The notes under the pieces were generated by a model. It ran no database searches, was not told the origin of the DNA, and worked only from the letters and a program-made list of their open reading frames with translations. The translations under genes were made by a program, and so were the position numbers. From Octopus sinensis (lineage: Eukaryota), in contig NW_021833698.1 of assembly GCF_006345805.1 (NCBI RefSeq), forward strand, positions 1 to 64,000: a stretch of 64,000 nt of DNA, in the 5' to 3' direction. The number at the start of each line of letters is the position of its first letter. Position 1 is the first letter of the stretch. Of the stretch, positions 26,206 through 40,149 are shown in pieces.

Positions 26206-26390
26206 AGAGTAAGCACGTAAATGTGAAACAAAGCGGAAAATAGTACTCGATTACCAGAGGTAGAGTAATATGCTTTATTAAAAAGCACAAACATATCACA
26301 AACCATATCACAGAGTTTTCGCCTTCCTTTCGAACAGGAACGTTGAGTAACAGTTTGTGTGATATTTTTGCTGTTTTTACTAAGGTATAT
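26205..26390. mobile_element. Short (TA)n-flanked element related to 35365-35545, with degenerate hammerhead-like halves
   Basis: 'cagagtaagc..gaaaatagtactc..taatatgctttatt' is the reverse complement of motifs at 35470-35545; 'ggaacgttgagtaacagttt..gtgatatttttgc' matches 35401-35445. Confidence 0.65.
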
Positions 26391-26553
26391 ATATGTGCGT
26401 GATTATAAATATATATATATATAGATATATATATATATATATATAATATATATATACATATACACTATTGAAATTTATATAATTCATAGAAAAACAGAAG
26501 ACGAAAAACACAAGCAAATGTATTAGTTTGACGTTCGGGAAAAATGAAGAAGT

Positions 26554-26589
26554 CTTTAATGTTTCGAGCCTACGCTCTTCAACAGAAAG
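26554..26589 (-). ncRNA. Variant-core minimal hammerhead-like fold
   Basis: Minus strand: CUUU-CUGUUGAA-GAGC-GUAG-GCUC-GAAAC-AUU-AAAG. Confidence 0.5.
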
Positions 26590-26651
26590 GAATAAGAGGA
26601 AATAAATAGACAGCGGTTAAAAAAACTTCAAGAGTTCAGCGGTCCAGCTGA

Positions 26652-26683
<32 letters not shown>

Positions 26684-26865
26684 GTATGGTGATGTAAACA
26701 GGAAAACTAGAATTCAAAATATGAGTATATGTATGTTATTTAGCAGAAAGAACAGAGTGACTCAAGCGTTTCATGCGTTGGCACTTATCAGTCTAGTTGT
26801 GTGAATGTGAGTGTGTGTGTATGTGTATGTGTACGCGCGTAGGTATGTATTCTTTTCTTTCTTTT

Positions 26866-27262
26866 CTTTTACTTGTTTCAGTCATTTTGACTGCGGCCAT
26901 GCTGGAGCACCGCCTTTTTTAGTCGAGCAACTCGACCCCGGGACTCATTCGTTTTTGTAAGCCCAGTACTTATTCTATCGGTCTCTTTTGCCGAACCGCT
27001 AAGTGACGGGACGTAAACACACCAGCATCGTTTGTCAAGCAATGCTAGAGGACAAACACAGACACCAAACACTACACACACATAATATATATATACATAT
27101 ATACGACAGGCTTCTTTCAGTTTTCCGTCTACCAAATCCACTCACAAGGGCTTTGGTCGGCCCCGGGCTATAGCAGAAGACACTTGCCCAAGTTACCACG
27201 CAGTGGGGCTGAACCCGAACCATGTGGGTTGGTTAGCAGCTACTTACCAACAGCCACTCCTG
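26866..27262 (-). mobile_element. SINE family B, full length
   Basis: Tail, internal (CA)/(TA) and head 'cagccactcctg' are all present. Confidence 0.9.
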
Positions 27263-27519
27263 TTTGTATATTTGTATGGAAATTTAGTAAAATCTGTATG
27301 CATAGCCAGACGTACAACCAGTTTTAGACCACCACGTCGATTATCATCAACCAGTTGAATTCCCGTAAAGTCATCAGGTTACTAATCCACTTAAGCAGAA
27401 TTACTAGTCATGATATACAGAGCAAATGTAGGAGAAGTTACGATATGCACAAGTTTATATCATTTGTTCGCCATGCACGTTTGCAACCTCTGCATTTCAT
27501 TGTCTAAATCCGTCTTAAT

Positions 27520-27640
27520 CTTTTGAGTTCAAATTCGGCCGTGGGTGACTTTGACTGTCATCCTTTCGAGATCGATAAAATAAGTACCAGTTGAGTACTG
27601 TGGGGGTGTAATCGATTTGCCTCTCTCCTGAAACAACTGG
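27520..27640 (+). mobile_element. SINE family A fragment
   Basis: 'gagttcaaattcggccgtgggtgactttgactgtcatcctttcgagatcgataaaataagtacc'. Confidence 0.7.
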
Positions 27641-27657
27641 CTTTGCGTCAAAATTTA

Positions 27658-28224
27658 TTGGGTTGTCCAGAAAGTTCGTACCGATTTATAGCAGCTTACC
27701 TTTCGACTTATTTTAGAACATGGTTGAGTCCATAAAATAGGATTTGACTACACCTCCATTTAGAGAATAGTTTAAGCTATCTTTTCGTGGAAGAAGGTTT
27801 ATGTTCCTATCACCTGTGTTAATTCTGTAACCCTTTAAAATGGAAGACAAGAAAGTCCATTTTCGGCACTTGATCCATTGGGAACCAGACAAAAATTGCT
27901 GCAGCTCGGCTGGGATGTGTTACCCCATCCTCCATATTCACCAGATATTGCTCCTTCGGATTTCCACTTATTCAGGTCTCTGCAGAATAGTCGTAATAAT
28001 AAAAAAATTCAATTCCTTGGTTGACGTAAAAAGATACCTTGATGAATTCTTTGCCACGAAACCACCTCAATTCTGGGAAAAGGGTATTTTCAAGTTAAGA
28101 GAAAGATGGAGACGCATCGTGCAACAAAATGGATCATATTTGGTTGATTGAAAATGTAATGGCAAGTATTTATTAACCTTTTTCGTTCCTTTAAAAATTG
28201 GCACGAACTTTCCGGACAACCCAA
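27658..28224 (+). mobile_element. Mariner transposon, internally deleted derivative
   Basis: TIRs 'ttgggttgtccagaaagttcgt' / 'gcacgaactttccggacaacccaa' with TA on both sides. N-terminus MEDKKVHFRH is joined to C-terminal WDVLPHPPYSPDIAPSDFHLFRSLQ..KPPQFWEKGIFKLRERWRRIVQQNGSYLVD*. Confidence 0.95.
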
Positions 28225-28312
28225 TATAATCAAAACGTATGTGCGTACGTGTCTATGTATTCTACTTAATGTATTTTTTACTTAGTTTCAGCATCCCCAG
28301 TCGTCATCATCG

Positions 28313-28357
<45 letters not shown>

Positions 28358-29029
28358 ACATCATCATCTTTATTATATTTTTATACGTATATATTTAATA
28401 TTATTATTTATATTTCTAGTGGCTGGTGGGGACATAGATTTTCTTTTGTAAAACAAGAATATTCCCATCAGGATAACAATACATCGCCATTTTTCGAATT
28501 GCGCGCCAACACATTTTTCTACATTTTCCTTTGTTTTTTTTTTTCTTTTGACATTTCATCTTACAGACACACACACACACACAAACACATAAACACATGC
28601 ACGCACACAGATACAGACGCACATACATATATACACATCTCAATAGAGATCTATACGATGTACATGTATACCTGCATCCATACATCGATACACAGATGTG
28701 CGTAATGTAGCTTTGTAGATATGAATGCATGTAAGCAAGTATACGTTTCGTTGTGTCCTCCTATGCGTGTAAGAGCGTGCATGCGTGTGTGCGCGCGCAT
28801 GTGTATGCACAGTTGTGGCTATATATACGTATGCATGTGTGCGTGTGTGTGTATGTGTGTGTATGTGTGTATGTCTTTGTTGTTTTGTTCTTTTTCACTG
28901 AACTCCCTAATGTAATTATACTTTCTCTACACTGGAGGTCGTGGGAAATGTAAAACACCAGGTTTTACAAATGTCTTTGCCTTTTTCTCTTTATACTCAC
29001 CCACATACACGCATGCATATACATACACA

Positions 29030-29062
<33 letters not shown>

Positions 29063-29207
29063 CAACACACATATATATATATATATATATATATTCATAT
29101 ATATATATGTAAACTATATACATACACATGTCTGTGTGTGTGTCTGGTATGTATACGTATGTAAAGATGTCTGTATGTATGTGTATATGTATCTATATAT
29201 GTGTGTT

Positions 29208-29251
<44 letters not shown>

Positions 29252-29458
29252 TATATTATATACGTAAGTATCTGTGTGTGTAGGTGACTATACCTATATG
29301 TGTGTATGTTTGTCGTGTATCTGTATATGTATGTGTATATAATATGTATATCCTTTTTTTACGACTGACTTCATAGTTATTACTGCAACACCACCACCAC
29401 CATCACCATCACCACCGGCACTAGCAACAGTAGTAGTAGTAGTATAGTAGTTAGTAGT

Positions 29459-29506
<48 letters not shown>

Positions 29507-30133
29507 CTGCTGGAGCGGCGGCAGCAGCAGCAGCAGCAGCAGCAAAAGTAGGAGTTGTTGTTGTTGTCATTGCTTTTGCCTGAGCCAAAAGAATTGGTTC
29601 AAGACCAATTACGATTAGAATTCCCAGGGCAATGGCTCGGGGAATTCTAAACTTGTGATTGATTCATATACAACAAAGTACAGCCATGGAGAAAGACACG
29701 GATTTTTTTTTTTTATATATATATATCTTGTATTTTTATTTATTATATATTCTTTCAGAGTTATTACTTCCAAGTGTTGATGTTGCTGATAATGATGATG
29801 ATGGTATGGTTGTTGTTGTTATCGTTATTCTAGACGTTATTGTTGCTGATTGTGTTGTAATTGGTGTTGGTTGTTGTTGTTGTGTCTGCTTATAACTACA
29901 GTTTAAAACTGTTGCTGACAACAATAACAACCGCAACAACAGCAACAAACATGAGTAATAATTTTTTTTTTCCTTTTCCTGTTTAATAATGACCGTTGAT
30001 TATATTTTCAGTTGTCGGCCATTTTTATTTAATGTTTTATACATACATCGACACAGAAACACATACACACAAGTGCACTAACGTATAAGCGCACATACAC
30101 GCAGTCACTTACACATACTGACACACGTCACAT

Positions 30134-30169
<36 letters not shown>

Positions 30170-30254
30170 CATATACATATGTGTGGGGGGGAGAAGATTT
30201 ATGTACATACATATATATGCACATATGCGTATGTATGTGTGTGTATGCATGCGT

Positions 30255-30293
<39 letters not shown>

Positions 30294-30549
30294 CATATAT
30301 GTATGTATGCTTGCATTTTTATATTGAGTATTTATATGCATTTATATCTACGTGTGTGTGTGTGTGGTGTTTATATGCATGTCTGTGCCTATATGTGTGT
30401 GCTCACATACATACACAAATAGGCAACATACGTGAGTGTATGCATATGTGTGACTAAGTGTGTATGTATGAGTTATTGTCAAGTTCGGATGCTTTACTAT
30501 TGTAGCCAGTGTCATTATTTCAAATTTTCACTCTTCATGCCTTCCCCAG

Positions 30550-33330
30550 ATGGCGTGTGAATGAATAAAGTGTTGAAAAAATACTAACAGAATTATTCTT
30601 GGCGTTCAAAATCACGACAGAACGTATTTTATAAATTTCCGGCTAATGGAGGGGTCTCTTTCTGTTTGTAACGTGTAGCTTAATCCGGTTGTATTTCCTG
30701 TTATAATTCCCCAGGTAAAATTTGTTCCATTGATGGCATTTAGACATTATTTCCGTTCCTTTGTATAAATATCGTTTTGCTGTGATACGATATTTTTCCG
30801 TAGCACGGATTTTTCAATTCGCTCTATTCATTACGTATGGTACAGTATCTTAGATAATTGACCAGAATATATCGAAATCATTCAATTTCTATAGAAAAAA
30901 AAGCGGTCAATGCTGTGTCTTTCAGTGCATTGTTTTCTTCAGCCAAGTCGGTCTAGGTGTACACCTCCTTCCGGTGCTATTGACTATTCGTGTTTCCTTG
31001 CCCTCATTCCTAGACGTAGACTTTTGATTGAAGAAACACTATTTAAAGTGCTTTTGCTCGTGCCGATATACCATTTTTTCCTTTATCACTCCCCACGTAC
31101 CTTAGTTTTGTAGGTAATTACTGTGCTTAAACAATCATTATTAAATAAATATTTCCCTAAGTCAAGTTATTTCATACAGCTGAATAGGTTTCATTCTTAT
31201 TGTCTTTTAGCAGACTTTACATTAATTCGCCGTCGAAATTGTTTCGTACAGTTGTAGCTAACCTTCATCAAATAACAAACGGTTATTTGCAACTGGTTGG
31301 GAAGTGTTTTCTGACACAGAATATAAAATATTGACCTTCCCGCCATTCCACATTTTTGCTGAATAACGAAGTTATGCTAGATAAGCTTCAAAACTGTAAC
31401 GATATATACACAATCGGAGACCTTTTCAAAGCCAGCAAAAGTTATTATTAAAGTGCCTGAATTCCAAGTATGAGTAAGAATATCTGGTTACTACAACTTC
31501 GCGATCAACGAAAGCCTGCTTTTTTCCCCTTAGTATACTCTCCAATGCAATCTGTAATCCTATTCTGCATAACTGAACTGAACTAATGTTACAGTTATAC
31601 CTGTCCAGTTTTCATACTCTATGATATCTCTCTGTTAGGAATGTGTTAAATTCTTCTCCAAACTTCTAATCTGCAGATACGTGTTCTGCCTTCCATATAT
31701 TACGAAATAGCACCAATAATACTTATGCGGTCAACGTATTTATCTGTTTACAGTATTTCTCCTGTAATTCCCTCCAACCGGGGTCATTTTGATTTTTAAT
31801 TGCTCACTGGCTCTTGTCATTTCTTCTACAGATATTTTGCGTTCAACCATATTCGGCACCTCTTGTGGTTCAGGAATTACCAGAGCATTTCTTCCATTCA
31901 ACGCCTTGTTCAGGATTCTGTTAAAATGGTCTTTCCATTTTCCACGGATTTTTACATCCAATGTTTTTAGATTCGAACCCATCCACATCGATATTAAACA
32001 CAAGTAATCTTTTTGATTAATTTACATTGCTTGTAATATTATTTATTATTTCATCGGGTTTTTCTGATCCCCCTATTATCTCCCCCATTGACTAACTTAA
32101 CTGCTTCATCAATTTTTACTTTGAAGAATCTCCTTTTATCTCTTCCTAAACACATTTTCACCTCTGTTGCAACTCCAATATTTAGTTTTCTACTTTAAAG
32201 TCTATTCTTATTCCCTCTTCAATTTTCAGCAATTCATTTTGGTTCCTTTCGTGCCTCAATAATTTCTCATGTTTCATCTGAAATCCATTTCCCTTTTATC
32301 TTTCTTCTCCCTAGAAAATTTTGGCTAGATTCTGGTGCTGCATTTCCTTTACATTTTTCCATGTATGCACCATTGATTCCTATAACAATTCACTTCATAG
32401 CTTCCAACACCACACATCGATTTCAATTTACAAATTCTCTTATTCTATCATCCTTTAATTTTTCTACACCAAACTTAGTAACCCCTTCCTTTTTTGATTT
32501 AACCTAAAGCTTTAATTAAATAGTCCCTCTTACTAACTAATGGTCATTTACAGCATCTGCACTTCGATATGTTCAAACATTTAGAAGTGATTTATTATGT
32601 TACCGATTTATCAAATTACGATTTATATGATTACAAACTTTTCTTTTTTTGGATATGCCTATGTATATCACTGAAAATCCTAGTTGTTTAAAGAACTTAC
32701 TTCCTATGATGAAACTGTTCGGTGTAGAGAGGCTGATCAATCTAACCTCATTTTCATTAATATCTCCAAGCTTATGTAGATCCATTGTTTGTTTCATACC
32801 TCGTTACATCGTTATTACTCTCCGCTTTATGCATTTAGATCACCAGTTACAATTTTTATGTGTCTTGATGTGATGTTATCAATTCCCTCTTGTTACAGTC
32901 GGTTGAAAGAATTTTTCCTTTTATCATCTGCTTTATTTATCCGGGTATAGCAAACAATAATATTGATGTTATATAACTCAGCTTTTAAGCTATTACTTAA
33001 AAGTTTCTATTGAAATAATGAGCTTCAAAACATTTTATTCATAATCTTGCAGACTTAGTTACAGCCCATATTAATTTCTCTTGTGGTCGAAAGCGTGTAG
33101 CCATCCCTTGCCATAATTTGATCTATCTCTCCAAGTCTAGTTTCTCTTAGAGCTAACAGATCAAATTTGCTTTGCTCCATGTTCAAACATTACATGCTTC
33201 AACACATGTTTTAGTAATACATTTAAAACCGAGATATCTTTAGAATTTCTGTTTCCTCGGAATTTGTGGTTTTCATTACTTTCAAAATTCGTTGGCTACA
33301 TGCCACAGAAGTGAAGCCATCATCACGGTA
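30550..33330 (-). mobile_element. Heavily degraded LINE (APE endonuclease + RT), RTE-like
   Basis: Minus-strand fragments in the expected order: FDLLALRETRLG (~33150), LGDINENEVRLISL..NSFIIGSKFF (~32700), KWKDHFNRILN..ISVEEMTRASEQLK (~31850), AGFR*SRSCSNQIF (~31500). Confidence 0.7.
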
Positions 33331-33795
33331 GATGCCGCTTTCAGTCTCAAGTAGATGATATTTTTGTCAAAATAGGTTTACACCAAATAAGCTACCTAAA
33401 ACATATCACTGGTAACTTTATTGGTACCACCCCACTGTCGATTCCAGGTCTATTTTAGCAAGCTAAGACTGCCCATTATCGCGTTTATAATATTACGGTA
33501 AAGACACGAAACAACTGAAATGGATTAACTACGACTGGCGAACATTTTTGTTACATACACACACACACAAATAGATACAAACACATACACTCACGCACGC
33601 ACACATATGTATATTTTCAATATATGTATTTATATCTACACACACGCGCATATATAAATATATACATGTGTGTGCACGTGTGCATGAATATAATGAGAAG
33701 GAAATAATAAGGCCCCTGACCTCTGCAGGCCTTTCAGACTTCTAATGCAGAACTTTAATAGATTTAAAGTATGGCGAAGGGCGTAGGAAGAGAGA

Positions 33796-34105
33796 GTGAG
33801 TGAGTAAGTGAGTGACTGGGTGACTGAGTGACTAAGTGAGTGACTGAGTGACTGAATAAGTGAGTGAGTGACTGAGTGACTGAATGAATAAGTGAGTGAG
33901 TGACTGACTGACTGACTGACTCATTGAGTGACTGAGAGACTGAGTGAGTGAATAAGTGACTGAGTGACTGAGTGACTGAGTGAGTGAATAAGTCAGTGAC
34001 TGACTGACTGACTGAGTAAGTGAATAAGTGAGTGAGTGAGTTGAGTGACTGACTGACTGATTGAGTGAGTGACTAAGTGACTGAGTGACTGAGTGAGTGA
34101 GAGAG
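33796..34105. repeat. (GAGT)n/(GACT)n mixed tetranucleotide satellite
   Basis: Direct inspection; explains the SLTHSVTQ-type ORF. Confidence 0.95.
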
Positions 34106-34309
34106 AGAAAGAGAGTTATCAAGTGGACCTGGTATGCAAATAACGTACACAGAAAACAACCAGTTTTAGTTCCATGTCGTAAGAATAAATGAACACAGCT
34201 GAAATGCTTCCTGAAAACACTCTGACGTAGATTTCATGAATCTTAAATAGCTGGCAGATTGTCTCCAGTTATGAGGAAACGGTGAACACGATGTGTATGC
34301 ATTTAGATA

Positions 34310-34845
<536 letters not shown>

Positions 34846-35364
34846 AAATCAATGGTAAACTCTTTCGCTGCAATTTTGCCAACACCATGTCTTCTCAAAA
34901 AGGTTGCACTTGAAAACACTAAACATGGACGACGAAGTAAACAGTTACTATTCAGAAAGTTATTTTGACTTTACAGTTAGTATTTAATCTTTGTTCAGTG
35001 CGTGTTTAGTGTACACGAGTACAGAAGCCTATAAAACGAGTAGTTTTATATTTTGGCCTTGTACATATATGCCTACGTACTTATGTACAGATGTATGCAA
35101 CCAGATAAATAGACGGATTAACTAGATAAATTTACTGTGTACTAAATCATGGCAGGTATACACAAACATGCATAATCACATACATACCACACGTGCTTGT
35201 ATGTGTGTGTGCGTGCGTGCACAAATGCATACGTATGTCTGTGTACGTATATATACATATATATATATATATATATACAGATATGCACACATATATACAT
35301 ACATGTCTCTGTGTGTGTACGTGGTGCTATATATATATATATATATATATATACACTATATTAT

Positions 35365-35545
35365 TAAAGCTGCAAAAACATCACGACTGCCCGACCAACG
35401 GGAACGTGAAACTCTGAGTAGCAGTTTTTTGTGATATTTTTGCGATGTTTTCTGCAGCTTTAATAATAAAGCATATTAGTATACCTCCGGTATTCGAGTA
35501 CTATTTTCTACCACCCTGCTTCACAGTAATGTGCTTACTCTGAAA
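35365..35545 (+). mobile_element. Short (TA)n-flanked hairpin element carrying a hammerhead fold
   Basis: 'attattaaagctgcaaaaacatc' pairs with 'gatgttttctgcagctttaataat'; (TA)n on both sides. Confidence 0.7.
35387..35424 (+). ncRNA. Type I hammerhead-like fold with altered core
   Basis: CUGC-CCGACCA-ACG-GGAA-CGU-GAA-ACUC-U-GAGU-A-GCAG: all three stems pair perfectly; the core has U4C and G8C. Confidence 0.6.
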
Positions 35546-35593
<48 letters not shown>

Positions 35594-35677
35594 CATGTAT
35601 ATGCATATATACATACTTATATATATACATACATGCATATATATACATATACATATATATACATATATATGCATTTA

Positions 35678-36044
35678 CAGTGGCTGTGTGGTAAGTAGCT
35701 TGCTAACCAACCACACGGTTGCGGGTTCAGTCCCACTGCGTGGCATCTTGGGCAAGTGTCTTCTGCTATAGCCCCGGGCCGACCAATGCCTTGTGAGTGG
35801 ATTTGGTAGACGGAAACTGAAAGAAGCCTGTCGTATATATGTATATATATATGTATATGTGTGTGTGTTTGTGTGTCTGTGTTTGTCCCCCTAGCATTGC
35901 TTGACAACCGATGCTGGTGTGTTTAGGTCCCCGTCACTTAGCGGTTCGGCAAAAAGAGACCGATAGAATAAGTACTAAAAGGTGGTGCTCCAGCATGGCC
36001 GCAGTCAAATGACTGAAACAAGTAAAAGAGTAAAAGAGTAAGAG
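35678..36044 (+). mobile_element. SINE family B, full length
   Basis: Head, internal (TA)(TG), tail, and 3' (GTAAAAGA)-like repeats. Confidence 0.9.
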
Positions 36045-37339
36045 TATATATGTATATATATATATATACCTTTATATATATATACATATACATATATATG
36101 CATATACAAATATATACATTTACATACATGTATATTTATATAGATATATACATACACGCTATGTACACGCACGCACGCACACACACATATGCATACGTTG
36201 TACATAAGTACGTATGTATGTGTATGTATGTGTTTCTATATGTATACTCTACAAATGCCATGTTATAATAATATTTAGCTAATTTATTTAGCTAATCCAT
36301 GTATTTATTCGTTCCCAGTCTGTGTACTTATATATCCAGATACGCATACATATATCTCGGAACAAGCATCAGTCATCCAATAGATTATGTTTTGTACCGA
36401 CATGTACCATTCTGATCAAATTAATGAAATGCATTTTTATTCGTTCTCTTACGGAACATTGTATGGCTTTTCTGAGAATATTCAATGATTAAAGCGAAAA
36501 TATCTCGAATACAATTGATCCACCAGCCATGGGCAATTAAAAGGCACTTGCCTTTGGTAGTCTGAATAATACCAGTTTTATAGGGTTGCTTGATTGGTCA
36601 TAAATGCTTGTGTCCCTTCTGGGGTTTCTGTATTATAAAGTTTTATTTCATTATGTAATTATATCTGTTGGCCCCTTTGATTTTTTTTTTCAATCACACA
36701 AAATCGATGTTAAAGTTCCCATGTATTGTATTTCGTCTTTATAATTATTTTTACTGCATATTTTTACTGCACAACTGAGCCCATTTCTGTGTACCTTGGG
36801 TATGTACAATGTTTTGCTTTCGTTCTCTGATGTCTATTATGTATTGTGCCGTGCTATTTTCTGTATATCCTATATAAGTTAAACCCTGTGGTTTTGATTA
36901 TACAGTGGTATCATTTTCAATAATTCCCAGAGCAGCTAACATGTTAGGGATTGTTTATGTTTTCAATCCAAACATTCTGGTTAGATCTACATCCAGTTAT
37001 CTATACTGAGATAATTTTCTCCGCTTCTTCTCAGAAAATGCTATGTAAGAAAGTCTTTAAAATATTTACACGTTCTAACATATCGTTATTTTCTAGAACG
37101 TACCTATGCCTATCCTTATAGGTAATCTGATAATATCATTGCAGAAATATGTGTGTGACACAGTATTTGTGTCAATTATAAACAGCAATAAAATATCAGC
37201 ATAGTTTGTATGAAATATTGTCGGATATATATATATGTATATTATGTTTTCAGTTATTTTTTATAATGTCAAAACAATACAAGTTATAAAAATTAATCTT
37301 TTCTATGATAAGAACAAGGCCTGCGATTTTGTGGGAGGG

Positions 37340-37480
37340 GGCTAGTCGATTACATCTACCCCAGTACTCAATGGTACTTATTTTATCTACCCCGAAAAGC
37401 AAAGTCGACATCGGCGAAATTTGAATTCAGAACATAAAAACTGACGAAATGCCGTGCAACCGATTCTGCCAGCTCGCCTC
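37340..37480 (-). mobile_element. SINE family A, degraded
   Basis: 'gcaaagtcgacatcggcgaaatttgaattcagaac...gattctgccagctcgcc'. Confidence 0.75.
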
Positions 37481-37606
37481 ATATTTGTTTGTACTTTTAC
37501 CTTGTATTTCAATCGTTCAAGATTAGGACTCCTTCTTCAGGAAACTTTCAATGGGATAGAGCTGTGAGCTGACTCCTTTGTTCTGTGGTTTGTATAAGGT
37601 ATTGTA

Positions 37607-37839
37607 TAACGTGTTCAAAAGTCTCTCCGCAGTAAGTATTTTATGGTTTTCGGGTGATTCTTCTACACTGATCCTTTCCTTGCTCCCCAGAAAAAAAAAT
37701 CTAGCGGTGTTAAATCAGGTGATCTTGGTAGCCAAATTCCCTTCGAAATAATCCGCTCACCGAAAACTCTTGAAGTAGCGTCTTGGTGATGCGAAGGATG
37801 AAGAAAATTCACCGCGGAGAGACTTTTTTGAACACACTG
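37607..37839 (-). mobile_element. Tc1/mariner-superfamily short deletion derivative
   Basis: TIR-like 'gtgttcaaaagtctctccgc' / 'gcggagagacttttttgaacacactg' + TA; the interior encodes WLPRSPDLTPLDFFFWG-like sequence on the minus strand. Confidence 0.8.
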
Positions 37840-38424
37840 TATTTAATTGTTTAATTCAACGGTTAATTCAATATATTTTGTTTAACTTTTCAGTTCGCTT
37901 ATGCACACTGCTTCAGTTATTTAGCAACACTATCTCAATACTTAGCATACTGTTATCCCTTTTGTCATAGAGAATAATTGTATCATATTATCTCCTGTGA
38001 TCTAACAGAAATTCATATCACATCAAATACTGACTGATGTGTAACATTAGGCATTTCTATATCACAGTATATCAATCTATTCTATTCCTAAGTGCCACCT
38101 TCTCTCAGTAGGCCACCTTCTCTCAGTGCCACCTTCTCTCAGTATCAAGAATCTCGATTTAGGTTGTCTAAGAACCAGGATCCAAAATATGTGCAGTTAT
38201 GTACGTGGCAGGCTGACAATTCTTTTCAAAGATGCTGGCCACGTGTCAACAATTCCATCAAGAGAGTTCTTTAGATGTGTCTTACATCTTGCTGTCACGC
38301 CTTCTGATTCATTGACCATATTGGGTTTTTGCCATTTCTGTTTTCGTACACATAAGGGCGATGTCCTCAGTACTGTAATTCTTCCGAGTTTGCTGGTACC
38401 TACTACTTAGTTATGCTCACTTAC

Positions 38425-38533
38425 CAAAGTAAGGTACCGTGATGTGGACGTGGCCGTCGGTGTGCACTACAAACTTCTGGGTGCCAGAAGTGAGAGTCAT
38501 GAAGTAACTGAAGGCCAATTCTCTTGTCCACAT
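38425..38533 (-). CDS. Candidate internal coding exon of an unidentified host gene (109 nt)
   Basis: Strong acceptor 'ccctttttttttaacctttag|' and donor '|gtaagt'. Two frames are stop-free: MWTRELAFSYFMTLTSGTQKFVVHTDGHVHITVPYF and VDKRIGLQLLHDSHFWHPEVCSAHRRPRPHHGTLL. Unique sequence, GC-richer than its flanks. Confidence 0.5.
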
Positions 38534-38811
38534 CTAAAGGTTAAAAAAAAGGGTGCTAGGCTTTATTTTTACGCTTTACACCAAAGATTACAGTTTATCA
38601 ATCACATTGTCGCTTTCTAAGATAAGTGCTGGTTTACATGAAGATCAAAGAACTTTATCGCGAAGCACGCAACAGCCAATATTTTGTGTCCAAGTATATT
38701 TTGTCGGCGCTCGTTAAAGATTTTGTTAAAATACGATGTATTTTGCCGGAAAGTACGCCACACAGACGACTTTATTCCACACTGGAGACGAAATTGTAAA
38801 TATCCCATTCT

Positions 38812-39288
<477 letters not shown>

Positions 39289-39359
39289 TTAACCATTCAG
39301 TATATTTTGCAGTGATGGCCTGCTCCTCTATCGCAAAATTTTTGCTTCAATCTTCCTTT

Positions 39360-39941
39360 CATTACTTGTTTCAGTCATTTGACTGCGGCCATGCTGGAGC
39401 ACCGCCTTTAGTCGAGCAAATCGACCTCAGAACGTATTCTTTGGAAGCCTAGTACTTATTCTATCGCTCTCTCTTGCCGAACCGATAAGTTACGGGGACG
39501 TAAACACACCAGCATCGGTTGCCAAGCGATGTTGGGGGACAAACACAGGCACACAAACACATATACGCATATACATACATACATATTCATATTTTTTTTT
39601 TGTACTTGTTTCAGTCATTTGACTGCGGCCATGCTGGAGCACCGCCTTTAGAGTGGTGAAAGAGTACAGCAGGGATCACCACCATCCCTCGTGGAGCTTT
39701 TAGGTGTTTTCGCTCAATAAACACACACAACGCCCGGTCTGGGAATCGAAACCGCGATCCTCCGACCGCAAGTCCGCTGCCCTAACCACTGGGCCATTGC
39801 GCCACGACGGACTTCTTTCAGTTTCCGTCAACCAAATCCCCTTACAAGGCTTTGGTCGGCCCTAGGCTATAGTAGAAGACACTTGCTCAAGGTGCCACGC
39901 AGTGGGAATGAACCCGAAACCATGTGGTTGGTAAGCAAGCT
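39360..39941 (-). mobile_element. SINE cluster: B tail, then a B-head / C 5'-half / B tail-tip chimera
   Basis: B tail 39360-39560; B tail tip 39603-39651; C 5' half 39652-39803; B head 39804-39941. Confidence 0.85.
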
Positions 39942-39991
39942 AGAGAATACTTGTGAATTAGAAGGGTTAGTGAGCAACTGTAATATCTGCT

Positions 39992-40045
<54 letters not shown>

Positions 40046-40149
40046 CGCTATAATCCCGTTTCACCTTCTTTTCACAGTCAGTCTGCAAGCTCAATCTATG
40101 GGTGCCAGGCTTACTTACATAGTTTCTTTTATTTCTTTATCTTTTATTT

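Noticed and set aside
37097-37121. 25-nt plus-strand micro-exon (ttctag|...TATAG|gtaatc)
   Set aside because: Cannot be distinguished from chance without RNA data, and it is opposite to the best exon candidate.
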